A stretch of 64,000 nucleotides of DNA from Lachnospiraceae bacterium (GTDB lineage: Bacteria > Bacillota > Clostridia > Lachnospirales > Lachnospiraceae): positions 6,771 to 70,770 of the forward strand of contig JAFQLB010000057.1 in NCBI GenBank assembly GCA_017396675.1. Reading direction: 5' to 3'. Shown here piece by piece: positions 11,296-21,189 of the stretch. The translations under genes were made by a program, and so were the position numbers. The stretch's first letter is position 1. Each line of letters opens with the position of its first letter. A model generated the notes under the pieces. It ran no database searches and had not been told where the DNA came from. It saw only the letters and a program-made list of their open reading frames with translations.

Positions 11296-14233
11296 ATTGA
11301 GTAAAAACAGTAAAAAGAGAATTGAAGATGTGGCAGCCTATCAGGTGCTTACAAAAAAAGAATTAAAGGAATTAAAATCCACGGGATATCTGTGCCGGCA
11401 TAAGAAAACGGGAGCAAGAGTGGTACTCCTCTGCAATGAGGAAGAGAACAAAGTGTTTTCCATCGGCTTTCGGACAACGCCCAGAGAGAGTACGGGTGTC
11501 TCCCATATTCTGGAGCATTCCGTATTGTGCGGCTCCAAAAACTTTCCCGTAAAGGATCCCTTTATTGAGTTGGCCAAGGGATCTTTGAATACATTTTTAA
11601 ATGCCATGACATATCCGGACAAGACAGTGTATCCGGTGGCCAGCTGTAATGACAAGGATTTTGATAATCTGATGCATGTGTATCTGGATGCCGTGTTTTA
11701 TCCCAATATTTACGATCACGATATGACATTCCGCCAGGAAGGCTGGCATTATGAGATGGAGGATGCAGACGGTGATCTGACCATCAACGGCGTGGTATAC
11801 AACGAGATGAAGGGAGCCTTTTCCTCTCCTGACGATGTGCTGGAAAGAGAGATCATGAATTCCCTGTTTCCGGACAATGCTTACAGCGAAGAGTCCGGCG
11901 GTGATCCTGACAGGATCCCGGAACTGACCTATGAGCATTTTCTGGAGATACACCGGACCTACTATCATCCCTCCAACAGCTATATTTATCTTTACGGGAA
12001 TATGGATATGGCAGAAAAGCTGCAGTTTATCGATGAGCAGTATCTGTCTGCCTTTGAGGCGATTCAGATCGATTCAAAGCTGACGCCGCAGGAAGCCTTC
12101 CGGGAGCCTGTGGAGGTAATCAAAGAATACTCCGTGGCAGAGGGAGAGCCGCTGCGGGCCAACACCTATTTAAGCTACAATACGGCCATGCGGGACAATC
12201 TCAACAGAGAGCATTATCTGGCCTTTCAGGTGCTGGATTATGCCCTTTGCTCGGCACCGGGAGCTCCCTTGAAGCAGGCGCTGCTGGATGCGGGGATCGG
12301 TAAAGATGTCTACAGCTACTATGAAAACGGAGTATTACAGCCCTACTTCAGCATCGTGTCCAAAAATGCGGATTTGGAGCAGAAGGAAGAATTTGTGCAT
12401 CTGATCCGGGAGACACTGGAGGAGTTGTGCCTGAAGGGACTGGACAGGAAAGCCTTAAAAGCGGGATTGAACTACTATGAATTCAAGTACCGGGAAGGAG
12501 ATTTCGGCTCCTATCCGCCGGGGCTTATGTACGGACTGCAGATCATGGACAGCTGGCTGTATGATGACGCCAATCCCTTTCTCCATGTGGAATCGGATGA
12601 TACCTTTGAAAGTCTCCGGAGTAAAATAGAAACGGGATATTACGAGGAACTGATTCGGGAATTTTTACTGAACAATCCCCATAAAACCATGGTTTGTGTA
12701 AAGCCTGTGGAAAATCTGGCCCTGCATAAGGAAGAAGCACTGCATGCCCGTCTGCAGCAGTACAAGGCCTCCTTGAGCAGAGAAGAAAGAGAGCGGATCG
12801 TAGAGGAAACAAAGGCCTTGAGGGCCTATCAGGAGCAGGAAAACACACCGGAGGAGATGGCCTGTATTCCGATTCTGCAGCGAGCGGATATTAAAAAAGA
12901 AACGGGCAGACTGTACAACGAAGAGGGTCTTTTGGGAGATGTTCCCATATTGTATCATGATGTCTTTACAAATAAGATCAGTTATTTCCGGGTGATGTTT
13001 CAGGCAGACGGAATTCCCCTTAAGCTGCTTGGGTACCTGGGAATGATGAAGAGTATGCTGGGCTATGTGGATACAGAGAAGTACAGCTACAGTGAGCTGT
13101 TCAATGAGATCAATATCCGAACCGGCGGGATGACCTCTGTCATCAATCTGTACACCGATTCCAAGGATTTGTCCAATTGCCGGGTATTTTTGGAATGGAA
13201 GGTAAAAACACTGGAGCATCAGCTGGAGTCTGCCTTCGCTCTGTCGGATGAAATTCTGCTTCACTCGCAATTTACGGATGATAAGAGACTATATGAGATC
13301 ATAGCGGAAATGAAGTCGCGGATGCAGTCTTCCATGACGCAGGCGGGGCATCAGGTGGCCATGACAAGAGCCGCGTCCTATTTCAGCACTTCAGCTGCTG
13401 TTTCCGATGAGATCAACGGCCTGCCCCTGTATCAGTTGGTGGACAGCATTGAAAAAGATTTCGAGAACAAAAAGGAAGAACTGAAGGCTTCCCTGAAAGA
13501 GGTGTGTCGCTATCTGTTCCGCAAAGAGAATCTGCGGTACGATTTTACGGGCAGCCGAACCTCCTATGAGGTATTTACCCGCCTGGCAGAAGGTTGGGAG
13601 GAGAAGCTCTGCAGTCTGCCTATGTCCGAAGCTCCTTATCGGGTGACACCCTGCAGAAAGAATGAAGGTTTTGTAACCGCGGGACAGGTACAGTACGTAG
13701 CCAGAGCCGGTAACTTTACAGAGAAGGGCCTGACCTATACCGGTGCGCTGCGGGCGCTTCGGGTGATCATGGGATACGACTATCTGTGGAACCGGGTACG
13801 GGTGAAGGGCGGTGCCTACGGTTGTATGTGTAATTTCGGCAAAAACGGAGACAGCTATTTTGTTTCCTATCGGGATCCCAATCTGGAAAAGACACTGCAG
13901 GTATTTCTGGGGGCGGTAGAGTATATTCGCTCCTTTGATGTGGATGAACGCACCATGACCCAGTATATCATCGGTGCCGTCAGTGATCTGGATACGCCTC
14001 TGACTCCCGCAGGAAAAGGGCTTCGCTCTCTTACGGCCTACATGACCAATCAGACGGAAGAAGACTTCCAGAGAGAGAGAGACCAGCTGCTGGCCGCTAC
14101 ACCGGAGGATATTCGTGGATTGGCGGATCACGTGGAGGCTTTTCTGGATCAGGATTGCGTCTGTGTCGTGGGAACCAGGAATAAGATAGAGGAAAACAGA
14201 GAAGTATTTGATAAAATACAAAATCTTTTCTAA
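11258..14233 (+). CDS. Insulinase-family zinc metallopeptidase (M16C, PreP-like)
   Basis: About 990 aa with the inverted zinc motif HILEH (HxxEH) near the N-terminus. The true start may be TTG 11288, which follows GAGGGTG; ATG 11258 overlaps the upstream gene by 38 nt. Confidence 0.9.
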   Translation: MFNRKKRVNRLSKLSKNSKKRIEDVAAYQVLTKKELKELKSTGYLCRHKKTGARVVLLCNEEENKVFSIGFRTTPRESTGVSHILEHSVLCGSKNFPVKDPFIELAKGSLNTFLNAMTYPDKTVYPVASCNDKDFDNLMHVYLDAVFYPNIYDHDMTFRQEGWHYEMEDADGDLTINGVVYNEMKGAFSSPDDVLEREIMNSLFPDNAYSEESGGDPDRIPELTYEHFLEIHRTYYHPSNSYIYLYGNMDMAEKLQFIDEQYLSAFEAIQIDSKLTPQEAFREPVEVIKEYSVAEGEPLRANTYLSYNTAMRDNLNREHYLAFQVLDYALCSAPGAPLKQALLDAGIGKDVYSYYENGVLQPYFSIVSKNADLEQKEEFVHLIRETLEELCLKGLDRKALKAGLNYYEFKYREGDFGSYPPGLMYGLQIMDSWLYDDANPFLHVESDDTFESLRSKIETGYYEELIREFLLNNPHKTMVCVKPVENLALHKEEALHARLQQYKASLSREERERIVEETKALRAYQEQENTPEEMACIPILQRADIKKETGRLYNEEGLLGDVPILYHDVFTNKISYFRVMFQADGIPLKLLGYLGMMKSMLGYVDTEKYSYSELFNEINIRTGGMTSVINLYTDSKDLSNCRVFLEWKVKTLEHQLESAFALSDEILLHSQFTDDKRLYEIIAEMKSRMQSSMTQAGHQVAMTRAASYFSTSAAVSDEINGLPLYQLVDSIEKDFENKKEELKASLKEVCRYLFRKENLRYDFTGSRTSYEVFTRLAEGWEEKLCSLPMSEAPYRVTPCRKNEGFVTAGQVQYVARAGNFTEKGLTYTGALRALRVIMGYDYLWNRVRVKGGAYGCMCNFGKNGDSYFVSYRDPNLEKTLQVFLGAVEYIRSFDVDERTMTQYIIGAVSDLDTPLTPAGKGLRSLTAYMTNQTEEDFQRERDQLLAATPEDIRGLADHVEAFLDQDCVCVVGTRNKIEENREVFDKIQNLF

Positions 14234-14243
14234 GGAGTTGCGT

Positions 14244-15314
14244 ATGAAAAAGTTTCGGAAGATGATAGTATTACTGACGATCTGCTGTCTGTTTTTTACG
14301 GCTTGCGGAGGAAGCTCCGATTCTGCCGGCAGCAGTGGATCCTATAAAAGCACGACATCCTATGATATGGCGGCAGCGGAAGAGGCGGCACCGGCAGAGG
14401 CACCGGCTGCCCTTGAAGAAGCCATAGAGACAGAAGCCGGAGCAGGAGGACTGGACAGTGCAGCTACGGTAGAGGGCAGCACTGCGGAAACGGAAAGAAA
14501 ACTGATCCGTACCATTGATATGAGCGTGGAGACGCAGCACTATGATGAGCTGCTGACTACCCTGCAGCAACAGATCCGGGAGCTGGGAGGTTATATTGAA
14601 CACAAGGATGCCTATAACGGCAGCCAGACCTCCGGTGCCCTGCGTTATATTTCCATGACGGTGCGTATCCCTTCGGACAGACTGGATGCGTTTGTGGACA
14701 GAGTGGGAGAGGAATGCAATGTGATCCGGGAAAGTGAATACGTGGAGGACGTGACGCTGACCTATGTGGATATGGACAGCCACAGACAGATGCTGGCCGT
14801 CGAACAGCAGCGTCTGCTGGAGCTGCTTGAGAAGGCAGAAACCATCGAGGATATCATTGCTCTGGAGAGCCGGCTTTCCGAGGTCAGATATGAAATTGAA
14901 AGCATCGCATCCCAGCTTCGTACCTATGACAATCTGGTGGATTACAGCACTGTGTATCTGTACATAGATGAGGTGGAGCGATATACTCCCGTTCAGGAAA
15001 AAACGGATCTGGAGAAGATCAAAAGCGGCTTCGGGGAGAGCCTGTATCAGGTTGGAAGAGGCATCAAGAACTTTATCATTGAGTTTATTATCTCCATTCC
15101 CTATCTGGTAGTATGGGGAGCGGTGCTGGTTGCCCTTGCTTTCCTGCTCAGGCTGATCCGGAAGAAAAGAAGAGAAAAAAGAAGCCATGATCCATCCCCG
15201 GAGACCGGCAAGAAGGCAGCAGGCACGCTCTTTAGGAGCAGACGGGAAAGCAGATGGAAAAGAAAGGAAAAGGAGACGGAGGAATCCCATGGATCAGAGG
15301 AACCCCGGTTATAA
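14244..15314 (+). CDS. Lipoprotein with coiled-coil region and C-terminal membrane anchor (DUF4349-like)
   Basis: RBS AAGGAG at 14232-14237. The signal peptide MKKFRKMIVLLTICCLFFTAC carries a lipobox Cys. A C-terminal transmembrane segment is followed by a highly charged tail. Confidence 0.75.
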   Translation: MKKFRKMIVLLTICCLFFTACGGSSDSAGSSGSYKSTTSYDMAAAEEAAPAEAPAALEEAIETEAGAGGLDSAATVEGSTAETERKLIRTIDMSVETQHYDELLTTLQQQIRELGGYIEHKDAYNGSQTSGALRYISMTVRIPSDRLDAFVDRVGEECNVIRESEYVEDVTLTYVDMDSHRQMLAVEQQRLLELLEKAETIEDIIALESRLSEVRYEIESIASQLRTYDNLVDYSTVYLYIDEVERYTPVQEKTDLEKIKSGFGESLYQVGRGIKNFIIEFIISIPYLVVWGAVLVALAFLLRLIRKKRREKRSHDPSPETGKKAAGTLFRSRRESRWKRKEKETEESHGSEEPRL

Positions 15315-16200
15315 GGCTGGCTTTGTCAGTCTCATCGGCCGCCCCAATGTAGGAAAATCCACTAAGATGAATGCGCTGGTGGGACAGAAAATTGCCATCA
15401 CCAGCAACAAGCCCCAGACCACCAGAAACAGAATACAGACCGTCTATACGGACGAGGAAGGGCAGATTGTTTTTCTCGATACGCCGGGCATTCATAAGGC
15501 TAAAAATAAGCTGGGAAGCTATATGGTCCATGTGGCGGAGCGCACTCTCTCGGAGGTGGATGTGATCCTCTGGTTGGTGGAGCCCAGTACCTTTATCGGT
15601 GCCGGGGAGCGACATATCATTGAACAGCTGAAAAAGACTCATACGCCGGTGATACTGGTGATCAACAAGACGGATACGGTAAAACGGGAGGAGATTCTGT
15701 TATTTATCGATACCTATCGCAAAGAATTGGATTTTGCGGAGGTGGTGCCCGTATCCGCTTTGAAGAAGGACAATACGGATACGTTGCTTGCCTGTATTAT
15801 GAAGTATCTTCCTTACGGAGAGCCCTTTTACGATGAGGACACCATAACGGATCAGCCTCAGCGTCAGATCGTGGCCGAGTTGATTCGGGAGAAGGTACTG
15901 CGGTGTCTGGAGGAAGAGATTCCTCACGGTGTGGCAGTGGCCATCGACAGTATGAAATTCAGAAAAAAAATCTGCCATATTGAAGCGGTGATCGTCTGTG
16001 AGAAGGACAGTCACAAAGGGATGATCATCGGAAAGAACGGTTCCATGCTCAAAAAAATCGGTTCCATGGCCAGACCGGAGATGGAAAAGCTGCTGGAATG
16101 CAGGGTCAATCTTCAGCTTTGGGTAAAGGTGAAAAAGGATTGGAGAGACAGCGATTTTCTCTTAAAAAATTTTGGATATAATCCCAAAGATACGGAATAG
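15289..16200 (+). CDS. era: GTPase Era
   Basis: G1 motif GRPNVGKST, then TTRN, DTPG and NKTD, followed by a C-terminal KH domain. The start at MDQRNPGYKAGFVSLIG has GGAGG upstream and overlaps the previous gene by 26 nt. Confidence 0.93.
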   Translation: MDQRNPGYKAGFVSLIGRPNVGKSTKMNALVGQKIAITSNKPQTTRNRIQTVYTDEEGQIVFLDTPGIHKAKNKLGSYMVHVAERTLSEVDVILWLVEPSTFIGAGERHIIEQLKKTHTPVILVINKTDTVKREEILLFIDTYRKELDFAEVVPVSALKKDNTDTLLACIMKYLPYGEPFYDEDTITDQPQRQIVAELIREKVLRCLEEEIPHGVAVAIDSMKFRKKICHIEAVIVCEKDSHKGMIIGKNGSMLKKIGSMARPEMEKLLECRVNLQLWVKVKKDWRDSDFLLKNFGYNPKDTE

Positions 16201-16277
16201 AAATTTAAAAACGGCAGACCCTATCTGTAAGGAACAAGTGAGAAAGACAGGAATTACTTAGAGAGCGGGGATGCAGG

Positions 16278-16475
16278 ATGAATGAGAACAATTACTGGAA
16301 GCAGTTTATGAACACCGGTAAGATAGAAGACTATCTGCTGTTTGCGGGAATGCGCACACAAGACAGAAAGGAAGCCGACACAGAGCAGGCGGATGTGGGG
16401 GGAGAAAAACCTCATGGGAGAAACCATAAGTGTGACCGGAATGGTGCTGCAGGCGGCACCTATCGGGGAATATGA
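16278..16475 (+). CDS. YqzL-like small protein
   Basis: The N-terminus NYWKQFMNTGKIEDYLLF resembles the small YqzL family found between era and recO in Firmicutes. The 3' end overlaps recO by 62 nt in another frame. Confidence 0.5.
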   Translation: MNENNYWKQFMNTGKIEDYLLFAGMRTQDRKEADTEQADVGGEKPHGRNHKCDRNGAAGGTYRGI

Positions 16476-17073
16476 CAGAAGAATCGTATTGCTGACAAAG
16501 GAAAAAGGAAAGATCACTGCCTTTGCCAGAGGTGCCAGAAAGCAGAATTCCCGACTGTCGGCAGCCACGGATTTGTTTGCCTTCGGTGTATTTCGGATAT
16601 TTGAAGGGCGAAGCTCCTATTCGGTGACGGAAGCGGAGATCACCAACTATTTTGAAGAGCTGCGTAAGGATTATGAGAGCGCCTATTACGGCATGTATTT
16701 TCTGGAAGTGGCAGAATATTACACCGGAGAAAACAATGATGAGACGGAGATGCTAAAGCTCCTCTATCAGTCCCTGAGGGCTCTTTCGGCACCCGGCCTG
16801 GAAAAACCGTTTGTGCGAAGCATCTTTGAGATCAAGGCCATTGTGATCAACGGAGAATTTCCCGGCTTTCCCGCAGAGGGAACATGGCAGGAGGCCACCC
16901 GGTACGGGGTGGCTTACATAGAACGCTCCACCATTGAAAAGCTGTACACCTTTACCCTGAAAGAAAGCAGTAAGAGGGAGTTGTATCTGCTGGCGGATCG
17001 ATACAGAAAGACTTGTATGGACAGGAGATTTAAAAGCCTTCAGTTTCTGGAAGGGTTGGAAGCTTTCTCTTGA
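16414..17073 (+). CDS. recO: DNA repair protein RecO
   Basis: The N-terminal OB-fold pattern (TGMVLQAAPIGEYDRRIVLLTKEKGKITAFARGARK), the length and the position after era all fit RecO. Start chosen at ATG 16414, which follows GGGGGGAG. Confidence 0.88.
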   Translation: MGETISVTGMVLQAAPIGEYDRRIVLLTKEKGKITAFARGARKQNSRLSAATDLFAFGVFRIFEGRSSYSVTEAEITNYFEELRKDYESAYYGMYFLEVAEYYTGENNDETEMLKLLYQSLRALSAPGLEKPFVRSIFEIKAIVINGEFPGFPAEGTWQEATRYGVAYIERSTIEKLYTFTLKESSKRELYLLADRYRKTCMDRRFKSLQFLEGLEAFS

Positions 17074-17098
17074 AAATAGGAAAAGGATTCGCTATAAT
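17070..17098 (+). promoter_or_regulatory. Putative promoter of glyQS
   Basis: TTGAAA (17070-17075), a 17-nt spacer, then TATAAT (17093-17098). Confidence 0.5.
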
Positions 17099-17137
17099 GG
17101 CAGAAGTGAACATAGTGCGTAGCAGGAGGAGAACATC

Positions 17138-18526
17138 ATGGAAAAGACTATGGAGAAGATTGTCGCCCTGGCCAAATCCAGAGGCTTTGTATATCCCGGA
17201 TCGGAGATTTACGGCGGACTGGCCAATACCTGGGATTACGGCAATCTGGGCGTAGAACTTAAAAATAACGTAAAGAAGGCCTGGTGGCAGAAATTTGTTA
17301 TGGAGAATCCCTATAATGTGGGTGTGGATTGTGCCATATTGATGAATCCTCAGACCTGGGTGGCCAGCGGACATCTGGGCGGATTTTCAGATCCCCTGAT
17401 GGATTGTAAGGAATGTCACGAGCGTTTTCGTGCGGACAAACTGATTGAGGATTATGCGGGAGAGCAGGGAATTACATTGGAGGGCAGTATTGACGGCTGG
17501 AGTCAGGAGGAGATGAAAGCCTTTGTGGATGCTCATAAAGTACCCTGTCCCACCTGCGGCAAGCATAATTTTACGGATATCCGACAGTTCAACCTGATGT
17601 TTAAAACCTTTCAGGGGGTCACGGAGGATGCCAAGAATACGGTGTATCTGCGACCGGAGACGGCTCAGGGAATCTTTGTGAACTTTAAGAACGTACAGAG
17701 AACCTCAAGAAAGAAGATCCCCTTCGGTATTGCTCAGATCGGCAAATCCTTCCGTAACGAGATCACCCCCGGCAACTTTACCTTCCGGACCAGAGAGTTT
17801 GAGCAGATGGAGCTGGAATTTTTCTGTGAACCGGATACGGATCTGGAGTGGTTTGCCTATTGGAAGAAGTTCTGCATCGACTGGCTGCAGACTTTGGGAA
17901 TCAAGCCGGAGGAGATGCGGGTACGGGATCATGATCAGGAGGAGCTGTCCTTCTATTCCAAAGCTACCACAGATATTGAATTCCTCTTCCCCTTCGGATG
18001 GGGCGAGTTGTGGGGCATTGCCGACAGAACGGACTACGATCTGACCCAGCATCAGAATGTTTCGGGTGAGGATTTAAGCTACTTTGATGATCAGAAAAAT
18101 GCAAGATACATTCCCTATGTAATCGAGCCCTCGCTGGGCGCCGACCGGGTGGTACTGGCCTTCCTGTGCGCCGCTTACGACGAAGAGGAACTGGAGGGTG
18201 GAGATATGCGTACGGTGCTGCGATTCCATCCCGCTTTGGCACCGGTGAAGATCGGCGTGCTGCCGCTGTCCAAGAAGCTGAATGAGGGAGCAGAGAAAAT
18301 CTACACCCTTCTCTCCAAAAAGTACAACTGTGAATTTGATGACAGAGGCAATATCGGAAAGCGATACCGCAGACAGGATGAGATCGGGACTCCCTTCTGT
18401 ATTACCTACGATTTTGATTCGGAAGAGGACGGCGCCGTGACGGTACGTTTCCGCGATTCTATGGAGCAGGAGAGAGTGAAGATCGAGGAGCTGCCAGCCT
18501 ACTTCGCAGACAAATTCGATTTCTGA
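17138..18526 (+). CDS. glyQS: Glycine--tRNA ligase (homodimeric class II type)
   Basis: 462 aa. The N-terminus [28 protein letters not shown] is diagnostic for GlyQS. Confidence 0.95.
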   Translation: MEKTMEKIVALAKSRGFVYPGSEIYGGLANTWDYGNLGVELKNNVKKAWWQKFVMENPYNVGVDCAILMNPQTWVASGHLGGFSDPLMDCKECHERFRADKLIEDYAGEQGITLEGSIDGWSQEEMKAFVDAHKVPCPTCGKHNFTDIRQFNLMFKTFQGVTEDAKNTVYLRPETAQGIFVNFKNVQRTSRKKIPFGIAQIGKSFRNEITPGNFTFRTREFEQMELEFFCEPDTDLEWFAYWKKFCIDWLQTLGIKPEEMRVRDHDQEELSFYSKATTDIEFLFPFGWGELWGIADRTDYDLTQHQNVSGEDLSYFDDQKNARYIPYVIEPSLGADRVVLAFLCAAYDEEELEGGDMRTVLRFHPALAPVKIGVLPLSKKLNEGAEKIYTLLSKKYNCEFDDRGNIGKRYRRQDEIGTPFCITYDFDSEEDGAVTVRFRDSMEQERVKIEELPAYFADKFDF

Positions 18527-18534
18527 CAAGGATT

Positions 18535-18567
18535 ATGCCGGAACCCTTGAGCATGGGGTTCCGGCAT
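18535..18567. terminator. Hairpin terminator between convergent glyQS and apbE
   Basis: ATGCCGGAACCC (18535-18546) pairs with GGGTTCCGGCAT (18556-18567). TTGTTGCTT follows on the + strand. Confidence 0.7.
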
Positions 18568-18601
18568 TGTTGCTTATCCGGATGGAGGTTGTTTCCTTCC
18601 A

Positions 18602-19600
18602 TCACTTCCATGTATAGTGAAGCTCATAGTCCTTTGTAATAAAGATTCCCTCCGCTTCCGGATATTGTGCAAGAAGCTCCATGCCCTTTTCCAGCCCCAA
18701 GGCAAAGCAAGAGGTGCTTAATACATCACCCTGCAGAGAACTGTCGGAAAGGATGGTGACTCCCAGCAGTTCGTTGTCGTAAGGGTAGCCGGTAGCCGGA
18801 TTCAAAATGTGGTGATACAATCGATCCTCCCACATAAAATACCGTTCATAGATGCCTGAAGATACCACGGATCGATCGCGAACGTCCAATACCGCAGCGG
18901 TTTCCTGGGAGGCGCCGAAGGGCTTTTGAATACCGATACGAAAGGGACTGCCGTCAGGCTTTTCTCCGATGCACAGAACATTGCCGCCAAGACTAATGAC
19001 ACCGCTTGTTACCCCTGCGGCCACCAGATGTTCCTTCAGCCTGTCTGCAATATAGCCCTTGGCAGAGGCACCCACATCCACGCCCATACCTTCCTTTGCA
19101 AAGGTGATGGTTCCGTCCTTCAAAAGAACATCCCGATGGGAAAGTAAGGGCAGGATAGAAGCCAGGGATTCCGCTTCAGGCGGTACCTTGGAGCCGGCAA
19201 AGTCCCAAAGCCCGGTAAGGGGGGCAAGAAAGGGAGAAAAAGCTCCGTTGGTTATCCGGCTGTACTGATGGCAGTAGGTCAGTAATTCATAAGCTTCCGA
19301 TGAAAGCGGATAGGCGACACCGGCTTCGTAGGTGTGGTTCATACGGTATATTTCGCTGTTTTCAAGAGTGCGGCTGAAGATTTCTTCATATTTTATGCAC
19401 AGCTGACGACATTCTTCCAGACACTCCTGCAGTTCATCCCGGGAGAGTGTAGTCTCCTTTGTAGCATACAAAGTAATGGTGACGGATGTATCAAACTGCA
19501 GGAAGGTGGCAGAAATTGGTGGCTGATCTGTAAAATCGGTGTTGCATCCGGAGGAAAACAGGAGTAATAATAGAAGGAGTAAACAAAAAATTCGGCGCAA
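18602..19600 (-). CDS. apbE: FAD:protein FMN transferase (ApbE family) lipoprotein
   Basis: 332 aa. The signal peptide carries a lipobox (LLLFSSGC). ApbE-like blocks are present (GGNVLCIG, SVVSSG.YER). Confidence 0.88.
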   Translation of the reverse strand: MRRIFCLLLLLLLLFSSGCNTDFTDQPPISATFLQFDTSVTITLYATKETTLSRDELQECLEECRQLCIKYEEIFSRTLENSEIYRMNHTYEAGVAYPLSSEAYELLTYCHQYSRITNGAFSPFLAPLTGLWDFAGSKVPPEAESLASILPLLSHRDVLLKDGTITFAKEGMGVDVGASAKGYIADRLKEHLVAAGVTSGVISLGGNVLCIGEKPDGSPFRIGIQKPFGASQETAAVLDVRDRSVVSSGIYERYFMWEDRLYHHILNPATGYPYDNELLGVTILSDSSLQGDVLSTSCFALGLEKGMELLAQYPEAEGIFITKDYELHYTWK

Positions 19601-19692
19601 AATAATTTCTCCATGATGATAAAATAATACTGACCGGAGCAGATGCTTTCGGCAGGTATTTCAACTCCCAGTTTATATAAAGGAAATACATC

Positions 19693-20094
19693 GTGTCAAG
19701 AAAAGATAGACAAAAAACGAAAAAAGCGGAAGTGGCCTTTGTGTCTCTGAGTATATTTGCGGCGGTTGTCTGCGGTTTCAACTATTATCGTACCCATGGT
19801 GTAGGTAGAGAAGCGGGAGAGCATACAAAGGGACAGGTGGAGATCTATGTGGGAAAGGGACTCTACGGAACCTATTCCCTGCGGCAGGATCAGAGCATTC
19901 CCGTAGGGGATTCCAATGTGGTAACCGTTGAAGGCGGTACAGTTGCCATGACTGAGGCGGACTGTCCGGATCATACCTGTATCCGGCAGGGGCCGGTCAG
20001 CAGTCCCGGACTGCCGATTGTATGCCTGCCCAATGAGGTAGTGGTACTCATTAGGGGAGAGGGAGAAGAAAAGATTGATGCAATGGTACAGTAA
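19693..20094 (+). CDS. NusG domain II-containing membrane-anchored protein
   Basis: GTG start after AAGGA. An N-terminal transmembrane helix is followed by the block HTCIRQGPVSSPGLPIVCLPNEVVV typical of this family. It overlaps the next gene by 20 nt. Confidence 0.75.
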   Translation: MSRKDRQKTKKAEVAFVSLSIFAAVVCGFNYYRTHGVGREAGEHTKGQVEIYVGKGLYGTYSLRQDQSIPVGDSNVVTVEGGTVAMTEADCPDHTCIRQGPVSSPGLPIVCLPNEVVVLIRGEGEEKIDAMVQ

Positions 20095-20599
20095 ATACAC
20101 TGAAGAGAGAAGAACGGAAAAAGTGGCTTTTCTGGGAATGATGATCACACTGGCCTGCCTGATCAGCTATGTAGAGGCCTGCCTTCCGCTGACTGTGGGA
20201 ATTCCGGGGATTAAGCTGGGGCTGGCCAATCTGGTGATTTTGTTTGTGTTAAATTCTGCCGGACCAAGGCCCGCACTGACGGTTTCCTTCCTTCGCATTC
20301 TGGTGGTGACATTTTTGTTCGGTAATCTGAATATGGCCATCTACAGCTGTGCGGGAGCCGCTGCCAGTCTGGCAGTGATGTGGTTCCTGAAGCATTTTCT
20401 GCAGTTTTCCGTACTCGGCATCAGTGTGGCGGGAGGGATCATGCATAATGTGGGACAATTGACGGCTGCCGCCTTGCTGCTTAGGAACCAAGGGGTTTTC
20501 GGTTATTTTCCCGTACTGCTGGCCTCGGGAGTGGCAACGGGACTGGTGGTGGGTCTGCTGGAGCGGGAAATCGAAAAGCGGCTTCCGCAGAAATTTTAA
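20075..20599 (+). CDS. Gx transporter family membrane protein (heptaprenyl diphosphate synthase component I-like)
   Basis: 174-aa protein with five transmembrane segments. It is paired with the NusG-II gene, as is usual for this family. Confidence 0.7.
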   Translation: MMQWYSKYTEERRTEKVAFLGMMITLACLISYVEACLPLTVGIPGIKLGLANLVILFVLNSAGPRPALTVSFLRILVVTFLFGNLNMAIYSCAGAAASLAVMWFLKHFLQFSVLGISVAGGIMHNVGQLTAAALLLRNQGVFGYFPVLLASGVATGLVVGLLEREIEKRLPQKF

Positions 20600-20685
20600 A
20601 AATAATGTGGAAAAGGTTTGAAATTTGTCAAAAATGGTGATAGGATAAACAGGTAGAACGATTTGTCAACAAAGGAGACCCGGGA

Positions 20686-21048
20686 ATGGCTAAGACAATT
20701 TTGATTTGTGATGACGCTGCATTTATGAGGATGATGCTGAAGGATATATTGGTCAAGGGAGGCTATGTGATCGCCGGTGAGGCGGTCAACGGTGCGGATG
20801 CCGTTGAAAAGTACAATGCATTGAAGCCGGATCTTGTGACCATGGATATTACCATGCCGGATATGGACGGGATCAACGCATTGCGGGCGATTAAGACAGC
20901 GTACCCGGGAGCCAAGGTGATTATGTGTTCCGCTATGGGCCAGCAGGCCATGGTGGTGGACGCCATTCAGGCCGGAGCCAAGGACTTTATCGTAAAGCCC
21001 TTCCAGAAGGACAGAGTACTGGAGGCGGTGAAGAAGATCATCGGATAA
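20686..21048 (+). CDS. cheY: Single-domain response regulator, CheY-like
   Basis: 120 aa with the acidic pocket (CDDAAFMR), the phospho-acceptor context (DLVTMDITMPDMDG) and a conserved Lys (IVKPF). Confidence 0.85.
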   Translation: MAKTILICDDAAFMRMMLKDILVKGGYVIAGEAVNGADAVEKYNALKPDLVTMDITMPDMDGINALRAIKTAYPGAKVIMCSAMGQQAMVVDAIQAGAKDFIVKPFQKDRVLEAVKKIIG

Positions 21049-21061
21049 GAAGCATAAGAGG

Positions 21062-21097
21062 ACACCTTCCGCTCACTGAGGCCGGAGGGTGTTTTTG
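21062..21097 (+). terminator. Intrinsic terminator after cheY
   Basis: A 10-bp stem, ACACCTTCCG pairing with CGGAGGGTGT (one G-U pair), has an 11-nt loop and is followed by TTTTT. Confidence 0.7.
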
Positions 21098-21108
21098 TTG
21101 GCAGGGTA

Positions 21109-21137
21109 TTGAAAAATACGGTGTTTTTTGGTAATAT
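21109..21137 (+). promoter_or_regulatory. Putative promoter of alaS
   Basis: TTGAAA, a 17-nt spacer, then TAATAT. A small hairpin, CTGCGG pairing with CCGCAG, lies in the leader. Confidence 0.5.
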
Positions 21138-21189
21138 ACGGACAATAGTCTGCGGTCTGCAGGTCCGCAGGCAGATGGAGGATAACGAT

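Noticed and set aside
17074-17137. Expected T-box leader upstream of glyQS, and similarly upstream of alaS at 21098-21189
   Set aside because: The leaders are only about 40-65 nt long downstream of the putative promoters. This is far shorter than a T-box riboswitch, and I see no T-box consensus (AAnnnGGGTGGTACCGCG-like) or terminator/antiterminator pair.
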